Assembly (NCBI GenBank): GCA_964636325.1
Contig: CAZWRV010000011.1
Coordinates: 7,264 to 71,263, forward strand
DNA: 64,000 nucleotides
Direction of reading: 5' to 3'
Origin: an uncultured Victivallaceae bacterium
Lineage (GTDB): Bacteria; Verrucomicrobiota; Lentisphaeria; Victivallales; GWF2-50-93
Shown here in pieces: positions 9,199 to 17,349 of the stretch. The first letter of the stretch is position 1. Each line of letters starts with the position of its first letter. The notes under the pieces were generated by a model. That model was not told where the DNA came from, did not search any database, and saw nothing but the letters and a program-made list of their open reading frames with translations. The translations under genes and the position numbers were made by a program.

Positions 9199-10194
9199 TC
9201 AAACATTTTTCCGCGAATCTTTCAATTGAATGTCGGGAAACTGGACGTCCCTTCCAGCGCAGTCGCCGACGGCGGCGAGGATTTCGGCGAGCTGACATGC
9301 CGCCTCCGGCCACTTCATTCCGAGGCATTCCTCCGCGAATTTCGCGACTCCTGGAAGCTTGACGAAGACAGGCAGGGGAGTGTCCACCGTTCCGGGCCTG
9401 TCCAGGACGGCCTCGTATATCGCCGCAGTTTCCGCAATGGCCGGGGCGATGCTCCTGAGGCCTGGCATGAGCTGCATGTCGAGGATAGGCGCCGCCAGGC
9501 CGAGCGACCTCGCGAGAATATGCAGGTCCAGCGAGATTTTCACGGAAGGGAAGAATTTGTTGGCGGGGCAGGGGACCAGTATGCCTTCCAGGGAAAGCGC
9601 CAATGTTTCACGGGACATCCGGCCCTCTATTTCGGTCCTGGGCACATGCCATGGGGCGGGACAGCCCGTCGCCGGAGCGGCCATCCGCGGTAGGCCGGCA
9701 GGGAGCCTTTCGGGATCGGCGCCCCTTTCCAGCATGTATCTGGCGATTTCAATGACAAGTCCGCGAGGGGCCGCCGCGATTCCGAGCTTCAGCAAGGCGT
9801 CGGCGGTCCGTCCGGCCGCGGAGTCGATTGCGGAGGAGTCCGCCCTGAATGCGGCCTCTATCAGCGGGCGCAGCGCGGAAGGTTCTGGAGGGAGTCCGTC
9901 CCCGGCCTGGAACTTGCGCCTGTATGCCCATGATATCTCGGGCAGTCCGGCCTTTTCGAGGAAGCCGCAGATGAATGAGTCGATCTGGCCGGGTGCGAAG
10001 ATCATGCCGTCCCTCGCCTCCTGCCTGAGCAGGTATTCTGCGGAAAAGGCGATGTCCTCGGACATCTCGCCGCCTCCGAAGCCGCAGTCCCTGCAGCACT
10101 CCGAAAGTCTCGCGCGGAGCTCTTCAAAGTCGTAGAATTCGCGGCGGCCGTCCCCGAGCAGGGTGACCACCGCTGCTTCACTTATTCTTATCAT
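9199..10194 (-). CDS. hypothetical protein
   Basis: 331-aa ORF whose 5' end overlaps the nrdR 3' end by 17 nt, so probably co-transcribed. No motif recognised. Confidence 0.5.
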   Translation of the reverse strand: MIRISEAAVVTLLGDGRREFYDFEELRARLSECCRDCGFGGGEMSEDIAFSAEYLLRQEARDGMIFAPGQIDSFICGFLEKAGLPEISWAYRRKFQAGDGLPPEPSALRPLIEAAFRADSSAIDSAAGRTADALLKLGIAAAPRGLVIEIARYMLERGADPERLPAGLPRMAAPATGCPAPWHVPRTEIEGRMSRETLALSLEGILVPCPANKFFPSVKISLDLHILARSLGLAAPILDMQLMPGLRSIAPAIAETAAIYEAVLDRPGTVDTPLPVFVKLPGVAKFAEECLGMKWPEAACQLAEILAAVGDCAGRDVQFPDIQLKDSRKNV

Positions 10195-10645
10195 TGCCGT
10201 GCCCCAGAATCCTTATCTCGTCTATGAACTGATCGATGTCCTTGAACTGCCTGTAGACCGACGCGAACCTGACATAAGCGACGTCGTCCAGATCCTTGAG
10301 CGCCTTCATGACCCTGTTTCCGAGTTCGACCGTCGTGACCTCCCTGTCGAAGTCGCGTTCGACTCCGGTGACGATCGCGTCGCATATCCGGTCTATTTCC
10401 ACCGGGCTCACAGGCCGCTTCCAGCATGCCTTCTCGATCCCCGCACGGATCTTTTCCCTCTCGAAGTCCTCGCGCTGGCTGTTCTTCTTTATCACCTTGA
10501 GCTCGACCGGGATGACTGTCTCGAACGTGGTGAAGCGGTGGCCGCAGCTCTGGCAGACACGGCGCCGCCGGACTCCGGCCCCCTCCTTGATTATCCTCGA
10601 ATCTATGACCTTGTCCTCAAGGCAGTAGCAGTGCGGGCATCGCAT
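10178..10645 (-). CDS. nrdR: transcriptional repressor NrdR
   Basis: N-terminal zinc ribbon MRCPHC...CQSCGHRFTTFE plus an ATP-cone (VIKKNSQREDFEREKI...); 155 aa. Confidence 0.9.
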   Translation of the reverse strand: MRCPHCYCLEDKVIDSRIIKEGAGVRRRRVCQSCGHRFTTFETVIPVELKVIKKNSQREDFEREKIRAGIEKACWKRPVSPVEIDRICDAIVTGVERDFDREVTTVELGNRVMKALKDLDDVAYVRFASVYRQFKDIDQFIDEIRILGHGNDKNK

Positions 10646-10874
10646 AGTCCGTCCAAAGTTGGCAGTTAAAGTATGAATTCAGCAAAAGGGCGCAGTTTGC
10701 TGGATTCATACACTTGTCCCGTTCTGCGGGGTTTCGAGCTTCGCGCTTCGGATTTTATACAACGCATAAAGCATGGAGCTCTGAGATAAAGACTCTTTAT
10801 GGCTTACCATAGGTCTGAATCGACGGCGCGTCAAATCGGAATGAATTCGGCAGGTTACGGCATAATGCTCCTGG

Positions 10875-12596
10875 TTATTGGCGATCTTGCATCCTTTTCA
10901 TCTGGGCGTCGAGCTTTTCGAGCTCCTTCCTGAGCTCCGGCTGCGAAGGCCACCTTGCAAGGGATTCCTCCCAAACCTTCTTCGCCTCCGCGCTCCTGCC
11001 CTGGTTGGCGAGGAGCGCGCCGAGGTTGTGGTATGCCCTTTTGTTGCCGGTGTGCAGGGATATCGCCGTGAGCAGAGCCTTCTCCGCCTCGTCATGCCTG
11101 CCGCTCCTGGCCAGGTACAAGCCCTTGTTGGCGAAGGCGTTGGAATACCTGGGGTAAATCAAGATGGCCTTCTCGCAGGCCCAGACTGCGTTTTTGAAGT
11201 CGCCGCCGTTTCCATACCGCACCGCAAGATTGTTCCACATCTTCGCGCTGTGCGGCGATGTGAGGACGCCCACTTCCGCGAGCCTCCGCTCCGATTCCCA
11301 TTCCGGGCAGCGCTTCTGCGTCCTCGCGCCGAGGCATATCACCGCCGCCAGGAAGACGAGCAGCATCGGCCAGAAACTTTCGAAACGCGAAATCCGCAGG
11401 AAAACGACGGCGCAGAAGATCGAAACCCATAGGGAAGGGAGGTAGAACAGGCGCTCGGCCAGGATTGTCCCGGCGGGGACGACGAGGTTTCCGCCCGGTA
11501 TGATAGAGACCACGTATGCCATGGTCATGAACAGGCAGAAGCGCCGGAGGCGCGGATATGCCCTGGCGGCCGCGGCCGGAATCCCCAGGAACAGCAGAAG
11601 GGTGAGCCAGGCATAGGGGTCGAAGACCGACTTCGACGGCAGGATCTGTGCGAACGAATAGTCGTGGGATAGGACGGCCGGCCAGAAGAACTTGGCCAGC
11701 ATGACCCCCTGCAGCCTCACCGCCGAAACCGCCTGAAGAGGCTGCCCGACGGTCGCCAGGACATTGTCGATCCCGGGCTCGAAGTTCTCCTTCGCGGGAA
11801 AGACCGTTCCGAAGACCGCCGCACGGGAGGCGATGTAGACGGCCATGACTCCGGCATAGAGCAGATATTTCTTCGGGATGGACAGCCTGACGCCCGGCAG
11901 GTTCGGCTTCCTGCCGAGTCGTATCCGCCTCAGATAAATATCCTGGAGGAGGCAGAGCAGGATGAATACTACTCCGTGCTCCTTGCTCCAGCACGCCAGG
12001 AGGAAGGATGCCCCGGCCGCAAACGACCACGCAAGGGGACGCCCCTTCATCGAATGAAATATCAGGCCGGAGAGCAGGAAGAGCAGGCAGAGGAGCTCAC
12101 CTCTGCCGAAGGCCGGGACTACCGCCTCAGTGTGGATCGGATGCACCGCGAAGAGCAGCGCCGCGGCCAGCGCCGGAAGCCTGCCCAGCCTCAGCCGCAC
12201 CGCATATTTGAACACGAGCAGGACGACGATGAAGTGCAGGGCCAGGTTCGTGGCCCTGAACGCCGGAGAACTCAGGCCGAAAAGCTGCTTGCCCAGCCAG
12301 TATGTGAAAATCGTCACCGGCCTGTAGAGGCCCTGCTGCTGCCCGCCGTTCCAGAACCCGCGCGTCCAGCATTCGAGCGGATCCGCATCGCCCTTGTAAA
12401 GGGGATCTTCGACTATCAGCGGAACGTCGTCGAAGACGAAATCGCCCTCCCATGACTTGAAGTATGGAAGGAGGACGGCGAGCAGCAGCGTCATGAATAT
12501 CTGCACCGCGCCAAGCCGCGCCAGGAAGACCGTAGTGCTGGACTTCAATACGGACTTCTTCGGACATGTGTCGGATTCGGGATATTGAATGGTCAT
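10875..12596 (-). CDS. polytopic membrane protein with C-terminal TPR repeats (TMTC/GT-C-like, DUF1736-type)
   Basis: N-terminal EGDFVFDDVPLIVEDP motif, more than 8 hydrophobic segments, C-terminal TPR-like repeats. Paralog of 12758..14425. Confidence 0.6.
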   Translation of the reverse strand: MTIQYPESDTCPKKSVLKSSTTVFLARLGAVQIFMTLLLAVLLPYFKSWEGDFVFDDVPLIVEDPLYKGDADPLECWTRGFWNGGQQQGLYRPVTIFTYWLGKQLFGLSSPAFRATNLALHFIVVLLVFKYAVRLRLGRLPALAAALLFAVHPIHTEAVVPAFGRGELLCLLFLLSGLIFHSMKGRPLAWSFAAGASFLLACWSKEHGVVFILLCLLQDIYLRRIRLGRKPNLPGVRLSIPKKYLLYAGVMAVYIASRAAVFGTVFPAKENFEPGIDNVLATVGQPLQAVSAVRLQGVMLAKFFWPAVLSHDYSFAQILPSKSVFDPYAWLTLLLFLGIPAAAARAYPRLRRFCLFMTMAYVVSIIPGGNLVVPAGTILAERLFYLPSLWVSIFCAVVFLRISRFESFWPMLLVFLAAVICLGARTQKRCPEWESERRLAEVGVLTSPHSAKMWNNLAVRYGNGGDFKNAVWACEKAILIYPRYSNAFANKGLYLARSGRHDEAEKALLTAISLHTGNKRAYHNLGALLANQGRSAEAKKVWEESLARWPSQPELRKELEKLDAQMKRMQDRQ

Positions 12597-12757
12597 TCGG
12601 TATCATTCCATGGGGGGCCGGATGTGTTGATCCCTGGATCGCTGACTATTAAGGACTTATGCACGATTTAATCCTTGAACAACATGCATATTATACGATC
12701 AAAGCAGCCGACCGACTTCGGCCAACCCCCAGACCCCTTACGGGCGACTTGCAGCTT

Positions 12758-14425
12758 TTATTTATCCTGCCGCTTCCTGATGTCATCCTCCAGGATGCCG
12801 AGCGACTTTTTGATCATCGGCTGCGAGGGGTTTAGCTCGAGCGACCTGAGCCACATCTTCTTCGCGTCGCCGAGCCGGTCTCCGTTTGCGAGTATCGCAC
12901 CGAGCTTGTTGTAGACCTCGGTATCCCGGCTGTCAAGCGAGACCAGCTTCTCCAGGTCAGCCCGGGCCTCGTCCATCCTTCCGAGCTTGATGAGGTAGAA
13001 CGCCCTGTTCTTCAGCGTCCTCTTTGATTCCGGATATATTTCAAGCGATTTCCGGCATGCCTCTACGGCGGCCTCCATCTCGCCGTGATTGGCCAGTTCG
13101 ACGGCGATGTTGTTCCATGTCTTCGTGCTGAACGGCGCGGTCCGCGTGCCCGCAATACAGATGTTCATCTGAGTGGCCCAGTCCTCGTTCCGGACGATTG
13201 TCCTTGCGGTGCAGGCTGCCAGGATGAGCAGGCAGAGTCCTATGCCGATCAATGCGTTCATCCGCCGGGCCAGCTGCACGAGGACGAGCGACGCCGCCAG
13301 GATGGACCAGGCGCTGGGCAAGTAGAAGAGCCTCTCGCCGAATATGGTTCCGGTCGGAGTGATTATGTTGGACGCCGGCAGTACCGAGACCACATAGAAT
13401 ACGGTCATGAGCAGCACCAGCTTTTTCTTCCTGCCGGCCGCGGCCAGCAGGATGGCCGCTCCGGCAAGCATCGCCAGCACGGCAAGCCAGGCCGAGATGT
13501 CAAATGCGCTTTCTGCCGGCATCAGCTGCTTGTAGGAATAGTCGTGTGAGAGGACTGACGGCCAGAGCTGCTTCCAAAGCGCGAGCCCCTGCAGTTTCAG
13601 GGCGCTCACTATGCGTATGCCCGGGGAACATAATGCGAGCGGGTTGTCGCCCATGGGATCGAAATGCTCTAGCGACGGCAGGAAGGAGCCGGAATACGCG
13701 ATCCTCGCCCACGCCGCGGCCGCGAAGGCCGCGCAGTAGAAGGCGTATCTCCAGGCCAGCGGTCGCAAGAGCACCGCGTGCGGCGCCAGGAAGCCGGCAT
13801 AACAGTCGTATGCGATGCAGAGCGGGATCAATATTATTCCGTGCTCCTTCGACCAGAATCCGAATACCGCGCACAGCATCACGCCCAGGGCCGCCGCCCG
13901 GCTCCGGTAGGAATACGTATGAAGGAGAAGGCCCGCGAACACGAAGAACGCGCATAGGAGTTCCGCCCTTCCGAAGGCGGGAGTCACCGCCTCGGTATGC
14001 AGCGGATGAACCGCGAATATCGCAGCGGCCAGCAGCGAGGCCGCGCGCCCCGCCCTGAACCTGAGCGCAAGCTTGTACAGCATCAGCACCGCGAGCGAGT
14101 GGATCAGCAGATTGAATATCCTGAACGCCGGCGGCCAGGCGCCGCTCAGCCGCATGTTGAGCCAGTATGTGAACGTCGCGAAGGGCCTGTAGAGACCCTG
14201 CGAGAATCCGCTCGACCAGAAGTCACGCTTCCAGCAGTCCAGCATGCGGCCTTCGCCGTAGAAAGGATCGTTCTGCAGGAGAGGAATGTCGTCGAAGACA
14301 AATTCACCTTCGATCCCGTTCATGTAGCAAAGCAGGATGCACGCGGGCAGGATTATCCAGTCCAAGGCGAGAAGCCTCGACGTCAGTTTGAAGTGTCTCA
14401 CTGTCGCATCAGGTCCCATGGACAC
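12758..14425 (-). CDS. polytopic membrane protein with C-terminal TPR repeats (TMTC/GT-C-like), tandem paralog
   Basis: IEGEFVFDDIPLLQNDP, and HPLHTEAVTPAFGRAELL (compare HPIHTEAVVPAFGRGELL in the neighbour). Same architecture. Confidence 0.6.
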   Translation of the reverse strand: MSMGPDATVRHFKLTSRLLALDWIILPACILLCYMNGIEGEFVFDDIPLLQNDPFYGEGRMLDCWKRDFWSSGFSQGLYRPFATFTYWLNMRLSGAWPPAFRIFNLLIHSLAVLMLYKLALRFRAGRAASLLAAAIFAVHPLHTEAVTPAFGRAELLCAFFVFAGLLLHTYSYRSRAAALGVMLCAVFGFWSKEHGIILIPLCIAYDCYAGFLAPHAVLLRPLAWRYAFYCAAFAAAAWARIAYSGSFLPSLEHFDPMGDNPLALCSPGIRIVSALKLQGLALWKQLWPSVLSHDYSYKQLMPAESAFDISAWLAVLAMLAGAAILLAAAGRKKKLVLLMTVFYVVSVLPASNIITPTGTIFGERLFYLPSAWSILAASLVLVQLARRMNALIGIGLCLLILAACTARTIVRNEDWATQMNICIAGTRTAPFSTKTWNNIAVELANHGEMEAAVEACRKSLEIYPESKRTLKNRAFYLIKLGRMDEARADLEKLVSLDSRDTEVYNKLGAILANGDRLGDAKKMWLRSLELNPSQPMIKKSLGILEDDIRKRQDK

Positions 14426-14745
14426 CGTCCGGCGTATGAATTAGGCGCTGAATATTCTACCTCCGGCTGCAGAAGACGCGGAGTCGGCAGTTTCTGCCGC
14501 AGCAGATGGAATTTAACCCGTATCAGGAAACTTTCCTGGCAATTTCCAATAAAACGGGCATTCTTGATTCTCACCGCCTCGGCACCTCAGCGGCTTTTCG
14601 GTTCCGGATTCCAATTTGCCATTGTATCTCATTAATGTTCAGGAAATTGCATAAAAATATCTCCGAAATGTGATGTCGGTATTGAAAAACAGGTCCGGCG
14701 GTATATCTTTACCGTCCAAATCTTTCATCCACCCATCCGTTTAAC

Positions 14746-14822
14746 GGGGGCGTAGCTCAATTGGTTAGAGCGCCAGCCTGTCACGCTGGAGGTTGCGGGT
14801 TCGAGCCCCGTCGCTCTCGCCA
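14746..14822 (+). tRNA. tRNA-Asp (anticodon GTC), CCA encoded
   Basis: Hand-folded cloverleaf. Acceptor GGGGGCG/CGCTCTC (two G-U pairs), D-arm GCTC/GAGC, anticodon stem CCAGC/GCTGG with loop CTGTCAC (GTC at 14780-14782), T-arm GCGGG-TTCGAGC-CCCGT, then G-CCA. Confidence 0.9.
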
Positions 14823-15273
14823 TTTTCTCATAGGAGAAATGGTTTTTTTGCCCCTTCTGTTGTGCTCCTGTTGTGCTCAAAGGGGTTAAAATCTTGTCCC
14901 CAACTAGCTCGCTTAGTTCCGAAAGTCGTCCCTTTGTTGTTCTGGCGTAAGTGTTCATGGTGAGGATTGGCGTTGAGTGTCGGGCAAGGCTTTGCGCCTC
15001 TTTCGCATTGGCACCTGATTCAAGCACCAATGTGACGTAAGCGACGCGGCAAGCGTGAAAGCCTATCTCCCCTTCCGAGGTTTTCTTGGGAATACCTGCC
15101 TTTTTAAGGTCTATGTCGAGATTATGGGCAAGATGCGTTGCAGGCACAAAAAGCAAGGGGTTTTCAGGCGCTTTATATGGCCTCCGGGCAGCTTTAAAGC
15201 TGGCCATGTAGAGGTTTTCCGCCGTTCTATTTTTTATGCTCTCAAGCAACTGGGCGACTAGAGATTTGGGCAA
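14823..15273 (-). pseudogene. tyrosine recombinase/integrase, C-terminal catalytic fragment only
   Basis: GFHACRVAYVTLVLESGANAKEAQSLARHSTPILTMNTYA matches the H-x-x-R ... H ... Y integrase box II. The N-terminal ~200 aa, including the box I Arg, are missing; an in-frame TGA lies just upstream of 15273. The ORF runs on through the tRNA only because no stop occurs. Confidence 0.7.
14869..14888 (+). repeat. 20-nt repeat gttgtgctcctgttgtgctc (internal tandem TGTTGTGCTC x2), copy 1
   Basis: Identical to 16839-16858. Lies 46 nt inside the left att-like repeat. Confidence 0.8.
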
Positions 15274-15314
15274 AGTTCATATAAGTTTTTCAAGGATGTT
15301 CGCCTTAGCCGTGC

Positions 15315-15503
15315 ATGGATGAAAACAATGAAATTGAAAAACTGGTTGCAAGGCTGAGGGAAGCCATCTCTGGCGATTTCAGCCCGAGGTTTGACGATCT
15401 TTCTTCGAAAATCCAGGATCTTGAGGACAACATAAACGAGGCTCTTGAGGTTCTTAACGAAAGAAGATACGCGGGAGATGCCAAGGAGTATTACGAGGAA
15501 TGA
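15315..15503 (+). CDS. small acidic coiled-coil protein, unknown function
   Basis: 62 aa, MDENNEIEKLVARLREAISGDF...; ATG start; coding-like composition within the AT-rich island. Confidence 0.4.
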   Translation: MDENNEIEKLVARLREAISGDFSPRFDDLSSKIQDLEDNINEALEVLNERRYAGDAKEYYEE

Positions 15504-15590
15504 GTCAACCCGATTCATCCGGAGTAAACTCGGAAGGCTTTCCCTGATATAGAAAAAAGAATCTGGATCAGAAGCGGAATCGTCGAGGAA

Positions 15591-15875
15591 TTGGATTGCA
15601 GGCAGTCAAAACTTCTTGAGTTCGTACTTGAGAGAATCAGATATTACTACAGGGAGCTTTACAGGACAAAGCCCTGTTATCAGTATCCTCTGACTCTTTT
15701 CCGTCTCAAGAAGCTTTGCGGGAGAAACTCGGTTTCCTTGGTTAACGCAGTCAGGATGCTTGCCAATACAGTTCCATTGGGCACTGATGAGGAACCCCCG
15801 ATTTACTATGACAGGATAAAATCCGAAAAAAACAAATGCCACAGGCCATACAGGATTTATTTGAGAAAAGCTTGA
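15591..15875 (+). CDS. hypothetical basic protein (island cargo)
   Basis: 94-aa ORF with TTG start, Arg/Lys/Tyr-rich. No motif recognised. Confidence 0.35.
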   Translation: MDCRQSKLLEFVLERIRYYYRELYRTKPCYQYPLTLFRLKKLCGRNSVSLVNAVRMLANTVPLGTDEEPPIYYDRIKSEKNKCHRPYRIYLRKA

Positions 15876-15985
15876 CAGGAAACTCAGTTTTTAATTCTGG
15901 AGTCTCCCGCCGCTCCGACGAGTCGTGTGCCCATTCTCGCGGCGGGAATCAAATCATGTCGTTATTAAAAAAGTGATTGGATAAT

Positions 15986-16390
15986 CTATTCCAGGTATTT
16001 TTTCACAAAGTCTGAAGGCTTGATTATAGTTATTCCGTTAATCCCTGAAAGATTCAGAAGATGTTTGTCACCGGAGATAATTATCTTCACCCCGGAAGCA
16101 ATAGCGCAGGCGATAAACTTGTCATCATCAGGATCGTCTTTTATGAAATTGGGGGTATGCAGGACATCAACAAGCAGGATGTTTGAGGTCAGAAGATTCC
16201 AGAAGGAATCCATGTCGGAAAAGCTGTATTTCCCTTGAAGCCTCATTAAAACCCTATGGTATTCATCAAGGATTGGGGCTGAGGCTACAAGAGTAAGTTT
16301 CTTCGATTTCCAATTCTCAAGAATCTTTCCGGGAACGCCATTGAAAAACAGTGCCGAGGCTAAAACATTCGTGTCAATGACAATTTTCAC
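15986..16390 (-). CDS. PIN-domain toxin (VapC-like)
   Basis: MKIVIDTNVLASALFF... with acidic residues at PIN positions (D6, E43-region, D/DD near 87-90, D108). 134 aa. 4-nt overlap with the upstream antitoxin gene. Confidence 0.75.
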   Translation of the reverse strand: MKIVIDTNVLASALFFNGVPGKILENWKSKKLTLVASAPILDEYHRVLMRLQGKYSFSDMDSFWNLLTSNILLVDVLHTPNFIKDDPDDDKFIACAIASGVKIIISGDKHLLNLSGINGITIIKPSDFVKKYLE

Positions 16391-16647
16391 TTGTTTCTCA
16401 CATCGGCTATCGCATCGTCAATATCGCTCTGTTTCATTCCGAGCACTTTCGCCTCTTTTCGCAGACTTGACACGATTCTATCAAAGTCATCGAAGGATGG
16501 GGCTGTCACATTTTTCAAGATAATGGTATCATTTTTCGCGGAAAGATAGAATTTGGAGCCTTTCTTTATGCCATATTTTCTTCTTATTCCAAGGGGAATC
16601 GGCAAATCGCCTCTCTGCGATACTGTTATAACTGCTGAATTTTCCAT
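16387..16647 (-). CDS. AbrB/SpoVT/MazE-family antitoxin
   Basis: VITVSQRGDLPIPLGIRRKYGIKKGSKFYL is the swapped-hairpin AbrB-type motif. 86 aa. Directly upstream of, and overlapping, the PIN gene. Confidence 0.7.
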   Translation of the reverse strand: MENSAVITVSQRGDLPIPLGIRRKYGIKKGSKFYLSAKNDTIILKNVTAPSFDDFDRIVSSLRKEAKVLGMKQSDIDDAIADVRNK

Positions 16648-16838
16648 GTTTTCACCTCTAATTTTAACCAGATTATATCATTCCTGCCAGGATTTTTCAA
16701 TAGTCTTTTTTCATTTCTTACTTGATGTGGATGACTCAATCATCAAAAGGATTCCCTTTTTCATGGCTTCGGGCAGGTCCGGCCAGGCTTCAAAAACCCT
16801 TTCAGGTCTGAATTATCGGGCAATTTTACGGCTTTTCC

Positions 16839-16858
16839 GTTGTGCTCCTGTTGTGCTC
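16839..16858 (+). repeat. 20-nt repeat gttgtgctcctgttgtgctc, copy 2
   Basis: Identical to 14869-14888. Lies 171 nt inside the right att-like repeat. Confidence 0.8.
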
Positions 16859-17029
16859 CGATTATGCTTTTGGGCTGTCCCACGCTTGTTTTGCCAATGT
16901 CGCCTTTTGTCCCATTCTTGACATTAGCATCATCTGCATTATATTCATCATCAACCTGTTGTGACACGCTTTGTCCCATGGTTGACAGGTTTTGTCCTTT
17001 GTTCGACAAATGCCGGTTTTGGGTCAAAT

Positions 17030-17056
17030 CGGGTTCGAGCCCCGTCGCTCCCGCCA
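17030..17056 (+). repeat. attR-like duplicate of the tRNA-Asp 3' end
   Basis: cgggttcgagccccgtcgctcCcgcca against tRNA 14796-14822 cgggttcgagccccgtcgctcTcgcca. Confidence 0.85.
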
Positions 17057-17349
17057 TCCCATGAAATTCTATCGCCCGCTTGAAAATCCGCCCTTCCTAA
17101 TTCTTGAATCTGCGGATTGGCAATGTAAGATATTACAATTGAGCCGCTTGGGTAAATATTCAGCGGAAGGGCGTAGTTCGCTGGATATTTACGGCAGCTT
17201 CAGTGTTTTAAGGCGTCTATCCTTCAATCGTTTATTAAACATGGAGATGAACTGACATCAAATCCCTTTCTGCAAAGCTGTGCTTCGCGCTGACCGCCCT
17301 TGTCCTGATATTCCTATCATGGAATTTCAGCTTCAAGCAGTCAAGGTTC

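Larger units (their letters stand above)
14796..17056. mobile_element. decayed integrative element at tRNA-Asp (2.2 kb)
   Basis: The 27-nt tRNA 3' end (14796-14822) recurs at 17030-17056 (26/27). The interior is visibly AT-richer and carries a truncated tyrosine integrase, small orphan ORFs and a PIN/AbrB pair. Confidence 0.7.

Noticed and set aside
14725-14822. C-terminal tail of track ORF 14725..15273 (...ARATGLEPATSSVTGWRSNQLSYAPVKRMGG)
   Set aside because: This part is simply the reverse translation of tRNA-Asp. The integrase fragment has lost its natural end, so only 14823-15273 is called, as a pseudogene. ORF 16761..17057 likewise starts inside the tRNA-end duplicate.
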